From: Botryllus schlosseri
Lineage: Eukaryota
DNA: 64,000 bases
Direction: 5' to 3'
Assembly: GCA_051294905.1 (NCBI GenBank)
Contig: CM119372.1
Span: 23,498,001-23,562,000, forward strand
Each line of letters starts with the position of its first letter. The first letter of the stretch is position 1. The translations under genes were made by a program, and so were the position numbers. This document shows positions 21,458 to 33,220 of the stretch, piece by piece. The notes beneath the pieces are model-generated. The model saw nothing but the letters and a program-made list of their open reading frames with translations. It ran no database searches and was not told where the DNA came from.

Positions 21458-24400
21458 AAGTGTCATTCACCCTCTTTCTCATCTCCACTCCATACCTGGT
21501 TCAACGCCTCACGGCTAACAACATGGGATACAACATCATATCAGCTCACACACAGCGTATATTGGCTGAGCGAGCAACGAAGCTATACTACTCACACACA
21601 GCGTATATTGGGTGAGTGGGTAACGAAACTGGCTAAATACAAATATGATATTGGTTATTATCAACGAAGCTATGCTACTATTAACGAAACACAAAATGTG
21701 AAAGGCGAGAACTGCTACCACTGAAGTGAAAAATCATATTGCAACAAGTAATCATAGAAAATGTGTCACAGGGGTTTACCAAACAGCAGCTGCTAAAATC
21801 ACTCAATGCTTTTTTACTTTGACTGTTTGTCATTAGTTTAAGTACATAAAAAGGTGTCGTAGGAATATAAGACACTGCAACTGCTAGGACAACTCAAAGC
21901 TAATGGAACAGTCCACGTGAAAAAAACATTGATTATATGGAAGAATGGTATCACAGGAATAAAGAAACAGCAACAATTTGAAACGAGCATGACAAAACGG
22001 GTTCAGTAAAAATTCACAATGCAAGAATTAAATCAAAGCACCGTTTGCTGATGTTGAGTTCCTATTCTTTTTCTTCGGCAATCGCAAGTGGTTGCACCAA
22101 AACGTTTCTTCTTGGCGCTTGTGCCTGAAATACATACAGATTGTCAGTGAATTCTTTACGTTGCCTACTTCCCCCCGAAGTAGTTAAACAACGCCTTGGA
22201 AAGCGCTACTTACACTTCACTACAGATTCACGTTACTTAGATGTCTACTTGAGAACTAACTACTCCTGTTCGACGAAGACTACTATTTCAACTACTCGAG
22301 TACTTATCAACTTATATTTCTACTTCCACTTGAAATAATTGACATACCTTGAAAATCGCTACTTCTACTTCAATAGAAATTTATGATGTTACTTCTTACT
22401 TCAGCTTGAGCACTAAAAACAACCACTTCTACTTCGGCTACACATGTTCGAACCATTACATGGTAAAAGAATGAAACATTACAACCAAATCTACTATTTT
22501 CAAACTACTCGAGTACCTTTCAACTTCAATATATACTGGAGTATGCTGTGATTTACGAAGTATGTTAAAACTACTCCAAGTTACTTCTCCTTCCACTATA
22601 GTCCCAACGCTGAATACTTCTATTTGATAATCGCCACTTACAGTTATATGCTAAAATCAACCGACACCTCGACCAAGTTTACGACATCACACTAACTGCT
22701 TCCTTGAGGTCGGTTTAACATGTCTTGTAAACCACTATATATACTTCAATAGAAATGATGTATTACTTGAGCAGTACTGACTACTTCTACTTCACTACCC
22801 AACCCGTGTTCGGAAGAAGCCACATTCCATTACATCAGGGGTTTCAAACATACAGACTGCCTAGCAATTCTGCGTAGATTGAACAATGCGTGTATTATGC
22901 AGCACTTTTCTAATGTTTGAAATTTTCACAAGAAATAATTCCATTAAATAATCCTTTAACACTGCAAATGTCCAGTACGGAAAAAATTGAATATTGTGTT
23001 CCGAGTTCTATGGAAAAATTCCCTAAAACAGAAGCAAAAACGCCAATACGGAACTGCTACGTGCAAGTTACATGGTGAATACGATAGTTTCACAAAAATA
23101 TAATTACAATATCTGTGGTCGCACTAGTGCATCACAAAAGACTCCAATGGTTTCCGGCCTGAGGGAAACCAGAATCGCTTTTTAAGACGATTAGAAAATT
23201 CCAACGTCCGCATTTACATTTAAATACTTTGTTTACATCAACGCATACCCAGGTTTACCACCATGTTCGAGTAAAACATCGGTAGCATAGAAAAATACCG
23301 ACTTGCATCATATTAGAAGAGATACTGTTTCATTGATTTTCAACTGTATTCTGCCGCCTAATCACCATATTATTGACAATTTCGTTGTTTGCTAATATAG
23401 GTGCAACTAGAATAGAACCCATATGATCCGAAATATAATTCATCTATTACACTACTGTGTTGAAAGGCCTGATAGAAAAGTTTCAAATGAAAGGCCATTG
23501 CACGGATTTTCAGGTGATAGTTTGGAATACTCCATTGATGGACCCTGCGAGCGATCTAAAGCTTTCGAGTCCGGCCTGCGACATCAGGCGAGTTTGTCGC
23601 CACTGCGTTACATATTTAATGAATGCGATATTACGCCCAAATCGACTTTCATTAAACTACAGAGTACTTGCACTTGAAATAGGTATGGCATACCCTGTAA
23701 ATCGCTACTCATACTTTCAGTACAGTTTTGATATACAGTCGACTCTACTTTATTCACAGTGTGGTTCCGCCCACTTTGGCCGAATTAACCACATAATCGG
23801 CGCTGTTCGCATTAACCGGCCAGAGTATTTTAAATGCAATTTTATTTCTCTCCTGTACAAGCATTTTTGGCCGAATAAAGCGGTTATACGGTCTCAGAAT
23901 TCAGCGGACTCGACTTTACTTTGTAAATTGCTACTTATGCTTGGGAGGGAATCTATGACATTACTTCTACTTGGGTACCAACACCGACTACTTTGACCCC
24001 TCCCGGTTTCATATGAGCTCAACTGATCGATACCTTCAATTGCTGCTTTTTGACTTTTTCCGGGGCATGACGTAACAAAGAATTCACTGCTTCCTCGTAG
24101 TCCACTTGTGTTGCAGATGAATGGACTTTGCAGCAGGCAGCGGAGAAGTGATTACCTTTTCATTGATTTGCGGATTAGTTTGGTATATGGCGTACATGGA
24201 TTACAAGAAATAATACATCATAGCATCGCAATGCCAGAATACACAGTACAGATTGCATAATGGTTGGGAACAATTATATATGCTCAAAGAAAGCGACACC
24301 AAGACCAGATCTACTTCTTTGAACGACTTACTTGACTAATTTTCAAGTTCATTTTCTATTTCCACTTGGAGTAGTCTTATCATGTCTTGTAAATCGATAC

Positions 24401-24521
24401 ATATACACAATATATTTATGATGTCACCTCTACTTCTACTTGGGTAACAACACTACTTGGATAACATGTACTTGGAAACAGTAATTTACAATTACATGCT
24501 ATGATAATGCAACACCTAGAT

Positions 24522-25366
24522 CAACGGTGGCCAAACTTTTCAGCCAAAGGGCCACATGAGATTTACGAACCACTGCACGGGCCACTTTAATGTTGATGTC
24601 CTTTTTTTTAATCGTCCGATAGGAGCAAACAGGATTGGGTAATGGTAAAAATAGGACATATATTAATATTACTATGCATCAAATTCGATAACGAAAATGT
24701 CATGAAAACACTGTGTACAAGTCCTAGCTGGGCCAAGCGCGAAATTTTTTCAAAGTTAATGAATGAATTCGGGCAATAATAATGTTGCATATATTGTGGG
24801 TCGCCTCTGTATACAGCTTGGCTCAATTGACCAGGACATGAATAATCACGGCTTGTATATATATCAATATCGAAGATTTCAGTGGACGTCTGTCGATCAT
24901 TTTGCGCAAAGGTTTCATCAACGACTATCTTTCTGCGAGTGCAGGCGCGAAGTCGCATGTAGGACAACACGTTCTCACATAATTGCGAATATAGTTAGGC
25001 TCAATTCTGTAGAATGGGCGCATATTTAATTTTCATGAGAGGGAAACAATACTAGAAATCGAGTGACAATAAATCGCGTGAAGTGTCAAGAAAAATATCA
25101 AGTCAAATAAATCTGCGACGAAATATTCGACTTCATGTTCATACACGAAAATGTGGATGGTCCTTGCCTCCGTCAATGAGTCGGAACGTATATTTTCGTC
25201 ATCAACATCATAAAGCTCGCGGTCAGGCTAATCACATTTACGGTTGATCTTGCAAGCTCACTATAAGTTACCTGCCTATTTGATTTATTGATACAACAAC
25301 CAATTTCGAAAATTAACTCACGTGACACTGAAAACCTTCTCGCGAGCCACGGGTTGGCCACTTCTG
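24522..25366. mobile_element. hAT-type MITE nested in the CACTA-like element
   Basis: TIR CAACGGTGGCCAA / TTGGCCACTTCTG; TSD ACCTAGAT / ACGTAGAC (6 of 8). Confidence 0.75.
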
Positions 25367-25610
25367 ACGTAGACCAAATCTACTCTATCAAACAAATTAC
25401 TTGAGTTCTTTCAACTCTATTTCTGCTTGTACTAAAAGCAGTTTTTACATGCCTCAGAGATCTCTACGTACACGTGATTAGAAATTTGATGTTTCGCTTG
25501 GGTTATAATTTTATTTCCACTTGTAGTTTTAACATTGCTTGTAAACTGCTGCGTACGCTGGAGCAGAAATTTAGGATGTTGCTTCTAGTGCTACTGGAGT
25601 ACCAATGCTA

Positions 25611-25873
25611 ATATCGTCGCAGTGGAATCAAAGTATCTTATGTCCAGTCTTCAAATTTTGAAGCTCCCTTTTTCAAACTTGAAAAAAATCGACTTTTCGA
25701 AAATTTTTGTATTTCTTTCCGTCATAGCTTAGCCATGGTTATATCTGTCTCAGTGTATCAAAGTTAATCGGGGCCAATATATGGCTGAAAGAAGATGAAA
25801 ACTTCACTCAAAGTTAATTTTCCCAAAATGTGTAAAATGGACATAAGATACTTTGCTTCCACTGCGACGATAT
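25611..25873. mobile_element. Small MITE with about 36-bp TIRs, nested in the CACTA-like element
   Basis: ATATCGTCGCAGTGGAATCAAAGTATCTTATGTCCA / TGGACATAAGATACTTTGCTTCCACTGCGACGATAT; TA-type ends. Confidence 0.8.
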
Positions 25874-28559
25874 ACTTTTACCTTGACTATACCTATATTC
25901 GGAAATGGTCACTTACGATTATACTTTAAGAATTCCACAATTCGGGCTAATCCACTTCTTGATACTCATGCAATTTTGAGAACTTGATTCTCTACTTCTA
26001 CTTGAACACTCGGTCAGTACTGCTACTTTAACTTGAGCAGGAATGTATGCCGCTATGACTGATTGAGTACCAACCAAAAATTCTTACACCATCTTTGGTT
26101 TTTTCAAATTGTATCCAAGTTATTTATGTTACCTTCGTTTGCTCTCCAACTTTGATACCGGGGCATGGCGCAACACTTGACATTGTTGATGAATGGATTT
26201 CGCATCCGGTGCCTGAGAATAGCTTCTGATTTTGAACATTGATTTTCGGATATGATAGGTAGGATTACCATGCAACTCACAGAAAATGATATCATACAGG
26301 CACCACTTGGTCCGTGCTCTTTTCTATCGAGTTGAAGCCCATGCTGTGGTTTAGTACTTCATTATGTTGACGGTACACTGCGCACTCTATAATGCATTCT
26401 TCGTACAGTCTGCTTGACGTGTTCATCACCAATGGTAGACATTGCTGATATCTAGGAAATTGAAATAATCAGAATGGTTGTATTAAAGGCATCTGACAGC
26501 ACGTGAAACAAAAACAAACCGATGCGGGTGCAAGCATGCTGCTAATAGTACATTTACACACTAACCAGTTATCAGGTTATTGTTGGCGAGAATATTGGCT
26601 ACCGTACTGCGAATCACCCGGAATATGATTACATCATCAATGGTAATTCGATAGTTCATCCTGATAGCTGCGATTTGCTGGGCAATATAGGCCAAACCGC
26701 GGCTCTGAGTTGAGGGTTTGATTGAGGCACATGCATTTCCTTACCTTGCAGAGGGGTTCAACCCAATTTTAAAACAATGCCTTCCATCACGTTCAAACAA
26801 TATGCTTGTATATCACATCAGTTACCTTGCCGTTGACGATACTGGACAATTTACACGGGTGCGGCTATATATACAGGGTGAATTTGGCCACGGCAAGAGC
26901 GTTTCATGTACGACAAAGGTGCATAGTCATCAACAATGAACTTGATAATAATCAATCATGGTATCCTATCAAAGTATATAACTTAATTGCACTTGTTCAG
27001 ACTCAATTACTCATAGAGATTGTATATAAGATATACTATTCAGTAAATGTACTCATTTTATAAGGTTTTCGAAGGAAAAGTCAGCAGAATACTTACAAGT
27101 TCAACAGGAGTTGTAAATTGGGAATAATCCACAATGGCGGCAACCAGTCTCAAGCGCAACCGAACTAGTATAATTCATAGAGTTAGCCAGTGATCAAGCA
27201 ATATATAATTGCCTCATTACATAAATTACTATATGACCTAGCAAATACACAAGATATTTTTATCACTATCTTGAGGAACATTCAAGTCTATCGACCAGCA
27301 AAGCATTGCTATTGGAATGAATCAGCAAATCGGTATCTATGGCGTTTCAATCATATTACAGCGTATTCACACTTCACAGTATGGCGTATCTGTATTCGAA
27401 GAAGGCGTAGCAAACAATTAATGTTCTGTTCTACCATATATCGATATTGAACACAAACTATCGACGAAAAAGGAGAAGCTAAATTACGCTCACAAGAAAT
27501 GTATACGGTAAACCGTATAGTAAGGTCTATTTACGCCACGCATCATTGTAAAAATTAGAACTCTTACCAATTCAAACTGTTTCTCTGCTGGAGCGGTTCA
27601 GGTATAGTTTCTGAATCAACAACACTAACAACAGACAGCAAGTCTTCTGTTTTGCTTCGTACAGCTTCTCAATCTAATCAATGACTATGTTTTGTCTGCG
27701 TCCATTATCTCTAAGAAACTCGTCGCATCAGTCGCACAGACATCAACTCAGATTCAAATCAAATGCCAGATGCACGCGTCGTCGCGCTGCACTGCGCAGG
27801 TAACACGTGACGGAGAAGGAAGAAGGCTGTCTGGTTTGAAGATGTCTGTCTGGTTTTCATGATAGGGCCGCGATTGTAGAGACGTGCCGTGTGCTACGAA
27901 TAGTCATGGCGTATCATCCTTAGTGAATCACGTTGTGATGCCGCCACGTGCATCACAATTTCACATTGATGCGCACATTTGTTCCTGTATTTCGCTATAT
28001 CGGGATACATATTCAGAACACGTATTTCGCCATGATGTGCACAATTGTGCAGTTGTGCACGCTTATGGGTCCAGCTATACGCCTCTTTATTGTTCAGCTT
28101 ATTAACAATCTCATCGAATCAATACAACGCAGGATTGTGATATATTTTCATAAAACCAGTACACTGATAAATGGCTATAAGCCTATATGTCTTACGATTT
28201 CGTCCGCGATGTGTGCAACCCACATGGGGAAGAATAATGATAATATGTCATTTTCAACAAGCCAGCTGGACCCCATGAAAGCGATATCCAAGTAGGGGTA
28301 TCCTGATGAACTCCTATGTACGTCGCATCCAGGTGACATACTACTATGACATCCTCTGGAATATTCATTGGTGACGGGAATAGGAATATTCCAAAAATTT
28401 CTTCCACTGGAAGTCATCTGGAGTTACATAACTGGACGTCCAGTTTGTGACAAACTGAGCAAGTCCTCAGTAACTAACCGTGGGAGGTGGGACGAGTTGG
28501 AACAATTGTGGACATACCAGTAAATCCATGGGATATCGGGTGTTTGCTGGGTTGGTTAC

Positions 28560-29499
28560 CAGTGTTGGGATGACTCGAGTCATGACTTGACTCGAGTCAG
28601 ACTCGAGTCACTTTTTCCTATGACTTGACTTGACTCGAGTCACTTTGCAAAAATGACTTGACTTGACTTGACTCGGCGCTTCAAAAATGTGGATTGACTC
28701 GTGACTCGGAGAAAAATTTACGAGTCAATTTCAAGTCATCAAGTAAACGATGTCGATTAAATCACTGTATTTTGTGTTTGTTCGTATCGATCGCGATACG
28801 CCTGTGTCATGTGTGAGTGTAACCACACATTCACTGATGGTACGTTCCCTGATCCTCTACTGTTACATCACAAATTGATTGACCACAACCGAAATGATCA
28901 CAGCTTACGTTGTCGTAGTAGCAGTAGATTAATCCAAAAGCAACTATCTCAGGTGTTTCTTTAGGTGGCCCAGTGCTTACATTGATTACAGTGATCACCT
29001 TAACCAACCCTCTGGTATGATTGAAAAATCGAGCGAATATAGTTTATGCGTCTATAGTCTCAGGGATGTGTATATGGGAAGTGTATTGTATCATATCAAT
29101 TTGTTTCAACTTCTCGGGGCTTCGCATTCAATCCTCTTGGTTGATAATAACAGACTGTATCATGTAGCAGTAGCTATAGGCCTACTAAATACAGTTTTTA
29201 TATTCGTTATTTTATTCAAGATAAATGGCCAATTATTCTGTTTATCACACAGCTAACAAAATGTAATGAGTTTGAATCGTCACTGATACTGCGAAAATTC
29301 AATTTGACTTGAATTGTGACTTGACTCGTGACTCGACTTGACTTGACTTGACTTGACTCGAGTCACCTCCAAAAAACGAGTGACTTGACTTGACTCGAGT
29401 CACCTTCGAAAATCCATTGACTTGACTTGACTCGAGTCAAAATGTGCAATGACTCGAGATGACTCGTGACTCGAAGGTAGTGACTTGATCCCAACACTG
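28560..29499. mobile_element. hAT-type MITE (CAGTGTTGGG variant of the GACTCGAGTC family)
   Basis: TIR CAGTGTTGGGAT / ATCCCAACACTG; perfect TSD TTGGTTAC at 28552-28559 and 29500-29507. Confidence 0.92.
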
Positions 29500-29522
29500 T
29501 TGGTTACAACCCTGGTACTACG

Positions 29523-29747
29523 TGAAAACAGCCCCGAAATTCCTTAGGCTATCTTTCTTATTGGGGGATTAAATAACTTCTACTTGACAAACTGAAAATA
29601 GCGAAAAGTAAGTAAGTAGTTCACAAAATATTGCGAAGTAGAAGTAGAAGTAGCGAAAAAATATATACTTGAGTAAGCACCAGAAGTAGAGGAAAACTAC
29701 TTGAGTATTTCGAAAAAGTAGAAGTACTTCGTTACTGACCACCTCTG
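29523..29747. mobile_element. 3' half of a CAGAGGTGGTCA-family MITE
   Basis: Closely matches 12855-13067 and ends TGACCACCTCTG; the 5' TIR was not found. Confidence 0.8.
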
Positions 29748-30010
29748 GTTGCGACTTATGATTCGTCAGTGGGTTGCGGCCCGGATTTGAGCCTTGCGGG
29801 TCTGACCAGTCAAATGAATACAAATTTAAATAGTCTCATTCGATACAATTCTAACGTCGAGAATCTAGCAGTGTTCTATTGCGTCGTTGACGGCGGATTA
29901 CCCACCACCATAATTACCCCTGGAACTCGTCCCACCCGAAGTTATATTTTGTATATGCAGCGTAACAGGTGGCAGTCATAGCCTAGGTCTTCCTACCGAA
30001 GTGTTGGAAG

Positions 30011-30195
30011 CAATGCTCCCTCTAAGCAGCGCACGTGCGCAAATGCGCAGTATACTGACACGGTCTTTGCGCACAGAAAATCCAAGTTGCGCACAAAGAA
30101 TCCGAAGTGAAGGACCTCTTTTTTAGTCGTTACGCACTGTTGTCCAAGGGTCTGCGCAGTGTCCTCAGACTAGTCAAATATTAGAGGGAACATTT
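30011..30195. mobile_element. Short MITE (CAATGTTCCCTCTAA family)
   Basis: TIR CAATGCTCCCTCTAA / TTAGAGGGAACATTT; perfect TSD GTTGGAAG. Confidence 0.9.
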
Positions 30196-30733
30196 GTTGG
30201 AAGTTTATCTTGGCTGCCCCCGCCATCTCATTCGTGAAAGCGGTGTCTTATAAAAGCCTAGAAGTCGGCAGCTACAGATAAAATTGAAGAAAATAGGCCT
30301 GGTGTAAATGACCATACCAGTCGACAGACACTATGAATAACAGAAACACCTTAGACTTGGTCTTTGGCCCTTTTATCATAATGAATATGTCAGAATATGT
30401 AGAAACTAAGCAGGCGAGATGATAATCTGGTGCCACACCATTGCTGCTGCTAAATGAATCGCTTCTTGAAAGTAGAAAGTATCCAACAAAATTTCCACCA
30501 CGTGATCTACTTGGTTCATGATGCTTAAAAGTACATTTCTACTTCTGGAACCAAATTATTATAACCCGTTAGCACAGGGGCGGGCAACATACGGCCCGCG
30601 AAGGGATTTTGTCCGGCCCGCGGACAGTTTTCCTTCTTACATGATAATGGGCCCGCGGTCCCCGTCTGCCGAGATTCCCCACTACTTGCTTACTACGTCA
30701 AATTGTAGTGACTATATGCTATTATTAGACCGA

Positions 30734-31839
30734 GCGAGATGGTGTAATGGTTATGCGTCCGGCTTCTCGAGCGGTAGGTCGTGGGTTCGATCCTCGGCCG
30801 GGTCATACCAAAGACTCGAAAATTGGTATCCGCAGCTATCCTGCTAGGCGCTCAGCAATCACGGATAGCATGGAGGAAAAAGGAAAGGACGTAGTTTTAT
30901 TTTTGTCCTTGATGTTTTCGCGGCATATACACTGTGACGGTGAGGCTGTGTCGTGCCTGGAGCAGTAGATAGCTGACTTGGCGACTGGCTGGCTGTCTTT
31001 AGGTTGGCGACTTCTTAACTCACAGTTTCACTCGGTACGGATGTATTGCAGCAGAGATACGTTAGGCGCTGAGGTGAATCTCAGATCTCAAGGGACGTCA
31101 CAGAGAAACGTGGGTTTATATACCCGGAAATGCGTAACAATGAATGCGATTGTAATGCGTTAGCCAATGAGAACGGGTTGGTAAAGTTCTAGTGACAGGA
31201 AAAAGACAGTACTCTAGCTAGGACTATGTTTGGCGTAACAATGCTTACAAAGCTTGCGCAACACTAGCAGAGATAGTAGAGTTCTACAAGTTGTCATGAT
31301 ATACTAAAATCCTAATACACGCAAAGTATATTTCCTTCATAACGGATGCCTGGCGTTAGCTAGGGACATCGGGTTAAAAGGACCAGCGGTTCGCTACAAC
31401 ACCGACTCATGATATACATACACACGATCAGCGCATATGCATACCATGAGTGCAGGATTTGCATATGCCGCTGGACAAGGAAGTGCAGATATAGCCTTTA
31501 CGACTTTCTAAGTCATGCACCACCCCTCCATGCTATCCCAGTAATGCATGAGCGCCAAGCAGGGAAGCCATGGATACCAGTGTTACTAATCAGGTCTTTG
31601 GTCTGACCCGGCCGGGAATCGAACCCACGACCTACCGATCAAGAAGCCGGACGCTTAACCATTACGCTATCTTGAGGAGGAGAGAAGGAGGAGAAAGAGA
31701 GGAGGAGAAAAAAACGGGAGGAGAAAAAAAGGAGGAGAAAAAAAACGGGGGCGCAGACTAGATGACCTCATGGGGCCGTATCGCAACTCCGTCGTCAAAG
31801 CATCTCGATGGTGCAGGCGAAAAAGAATATCATATCTCT
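30734..31839 (+). mobile_element. tRNA-derived SINE, interrupted by an antisense related SINE
   Basis: A box GGTGTAATGG, B box GGTTCGATCC, core GGTCATACCAAAGAC...CCTGCTAGGCGCTCAGCA (resembles my recollection of the MetaSINE domain). Tail at 31745-31839 matches the uninterrupted copy at 48430-48687. Confidence 0.8.
30889..31672 (-). mobile_element. Longer related tRNA-derived SINE in antisense orientation
   Basis: Head at 31530-31672 is a diverged reverse complement of 30734-30875; part of its body recurs at about 55410-55470. Left boundary approximate. Confidence 0.65.
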
Positions 31840-32889
31840 ACACCTGTATAGTGTATAGTAATACGCACGCGCGGCGTTGCGAGACTGGAGCTTACGCGTA
31901 AGTTCCTCGAAGCGAGGAGAAAGAAGACTTGCATTATCGGCATTTACGATGCACTCAACCCTAATGTCGTCTGTGCTAATCATGATTTCTGTCAACTACA
32001 ATGGTCATTTACACCAGGCTGATATTTCTTATATTTGATTCTGCAACCGCCGACTTGTAGCACGGCACACTTCTAGGCTTTTGTAAGGCACGGCTTATAC
32101 CAGGAGTCGCCAACACAAAACGGGTCGCAGGCCACTTTTCAAATTTCGTATATAGAGGACGCGGGCCGCATGAATTCAGTATCGAGATTAGTTACGCCAC
32201 ACAGTTGAATAAACGACCTACTCAACTGGTAAACTTGGTAGACCACGGGTACCGGGCTTATCGAACGCCTTGAAATCTTAATTAGGGATTGCACCGTGTG
32301 TTGATTGATCAGAGAGCAGCAGACATGGCGGCGACAATTTTATTCTCAAATTCACATTGTCTTCGCCATTATCGTCGAAAAATGGCTTTGATGTGACATT
32401 GCTGACGTTAAAATACATTCATTAAATACGATTTATTCCTCGTATATGTGGATAAATGTGCGAACAATGTATCGATTCAGCAATCCAGCCCGCCAAGTAC
32501 TTAATTTTCCTATATCCGGCCCGCCGACAGGAGAAGTTGCCCGCCCCTGCGTTAGCATTAGCGCATAGCAATTTACAACGTTTACAACGTTGCAACGTTG
32601 TAAATTGCTATGATTAGCGTGTCACATGTCATCAGAGAATTTGCTCTTAAATTTGCTCTCTTCATTAGTTATCGACTGTGAAAATTGCTCCTGTCCCGGG
32701 TGGCTCGGCTCTGAAGACTATGTCATATCGAGCCTCCCGTCTACCTTGCATGTCACATTTCACTGTTACATTTGTGTAGTGTTATGTTGATATGTAACGT
32801 ATACGAATAAAGATTCTCTCTCTCTCTCTCAAAACACTTTGTACTTGCAAAACGGTGCCATATGATGGTGCCATTGCGCCATTCCGAAT

Positions 32890-32902
32890 GTTGCTAGGAT
32901 AC
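32890..32902. promoter_or_regulatory. RFX X-box at the probable AGBL2 promoter / non-coding first exon
   Basis: GTTGCTAGGATAC, 74 bp upstream of a strong donor (AAG/GTGAGT, 32976/32977) that precedes the first coding exon. Confidence 0.55.
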
Positions 32903-33220
32903 AACCAAGCATGCTGCAACGAGTAGATCGCATCAAAATAACGACGCTATGCGACACCTGCGTCTCTGTCAATAAGGTGAGTTCGCTACTCTTTCAATAC
33001 TCTTGAACATACTAGATAAATTTATAGCTAGGGTTAGAGATGCCGCCATTTGATCTGAGTGCTCTTGCAATGACTGATAAACTGATAAGATAATGCCAAG
33101 CAGAAACCGTCTCAGCGCTGCATGTAAATTATGAATACTTCATTTCAGGTCTCGTTATGTTTAACACCTGAAGTTGTATACACGTGATTATGGTTTAGAA
33201 GATATACCTCAAGAAACAAA

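Larger units (their letters stand above)
22050..27780 (-). pseudogene. Decayed intron-containing gene relic inside the CACTA-like element
   Basis: Splice-flanked segments near 27567-27780, 26827-26970, 26745-26803, 26133-26212, 24034-24140 and 22050-22125; two paralogous segments encode LRHAP. No continuous frame could be assembled. Confidence 0.35.
21080..28551. mobile_element. CACTA/EnSpm-like (CMC superfamily) element, 7472 bp, no transposase recognised
   Basis: Perfect 13-bp TIR CCCAGCAAACACC / GGTGTTTGCTGGG; 3-bp TSD TTG at 21077-21079 and 28552-28554; subterminal tandem repeats. Removing it restores the MITE end seen intact at 51865-51893. Confidence 0.88.
20510..29514. mobile_element. 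hAT-type MITE (GACTCGAGTC family) expanded to 9 kb by nested insertions
   Basis: TIR CAGGGTTGTAA / TTACAACCCTG; perfect 8-bp TSD GTACTACG at 20502-20509 and 29515-29522. Confidence 0.93.
30575..32549. mobile_element. hAT-type MITE containing nested SINEs
   Basis: TIR CAGGGGCGGGCAAC / GTTGCCCGCCCCTG; perfect TSD CGTTAGCA. Confidence 0.92.

Noticed and set aside
23550-23595. CTGATGT...GAAAGCT hammerhead-like string on the minus strand
   Set aside because: Core mismatch (CUGAUGU) and no stem I.
30734-30815. tRNA-gene-like sequences here and at 31590-31672 and 48610-48687
   Set aside because: No acceptor-stem pairing; they continue into SINE bodies.
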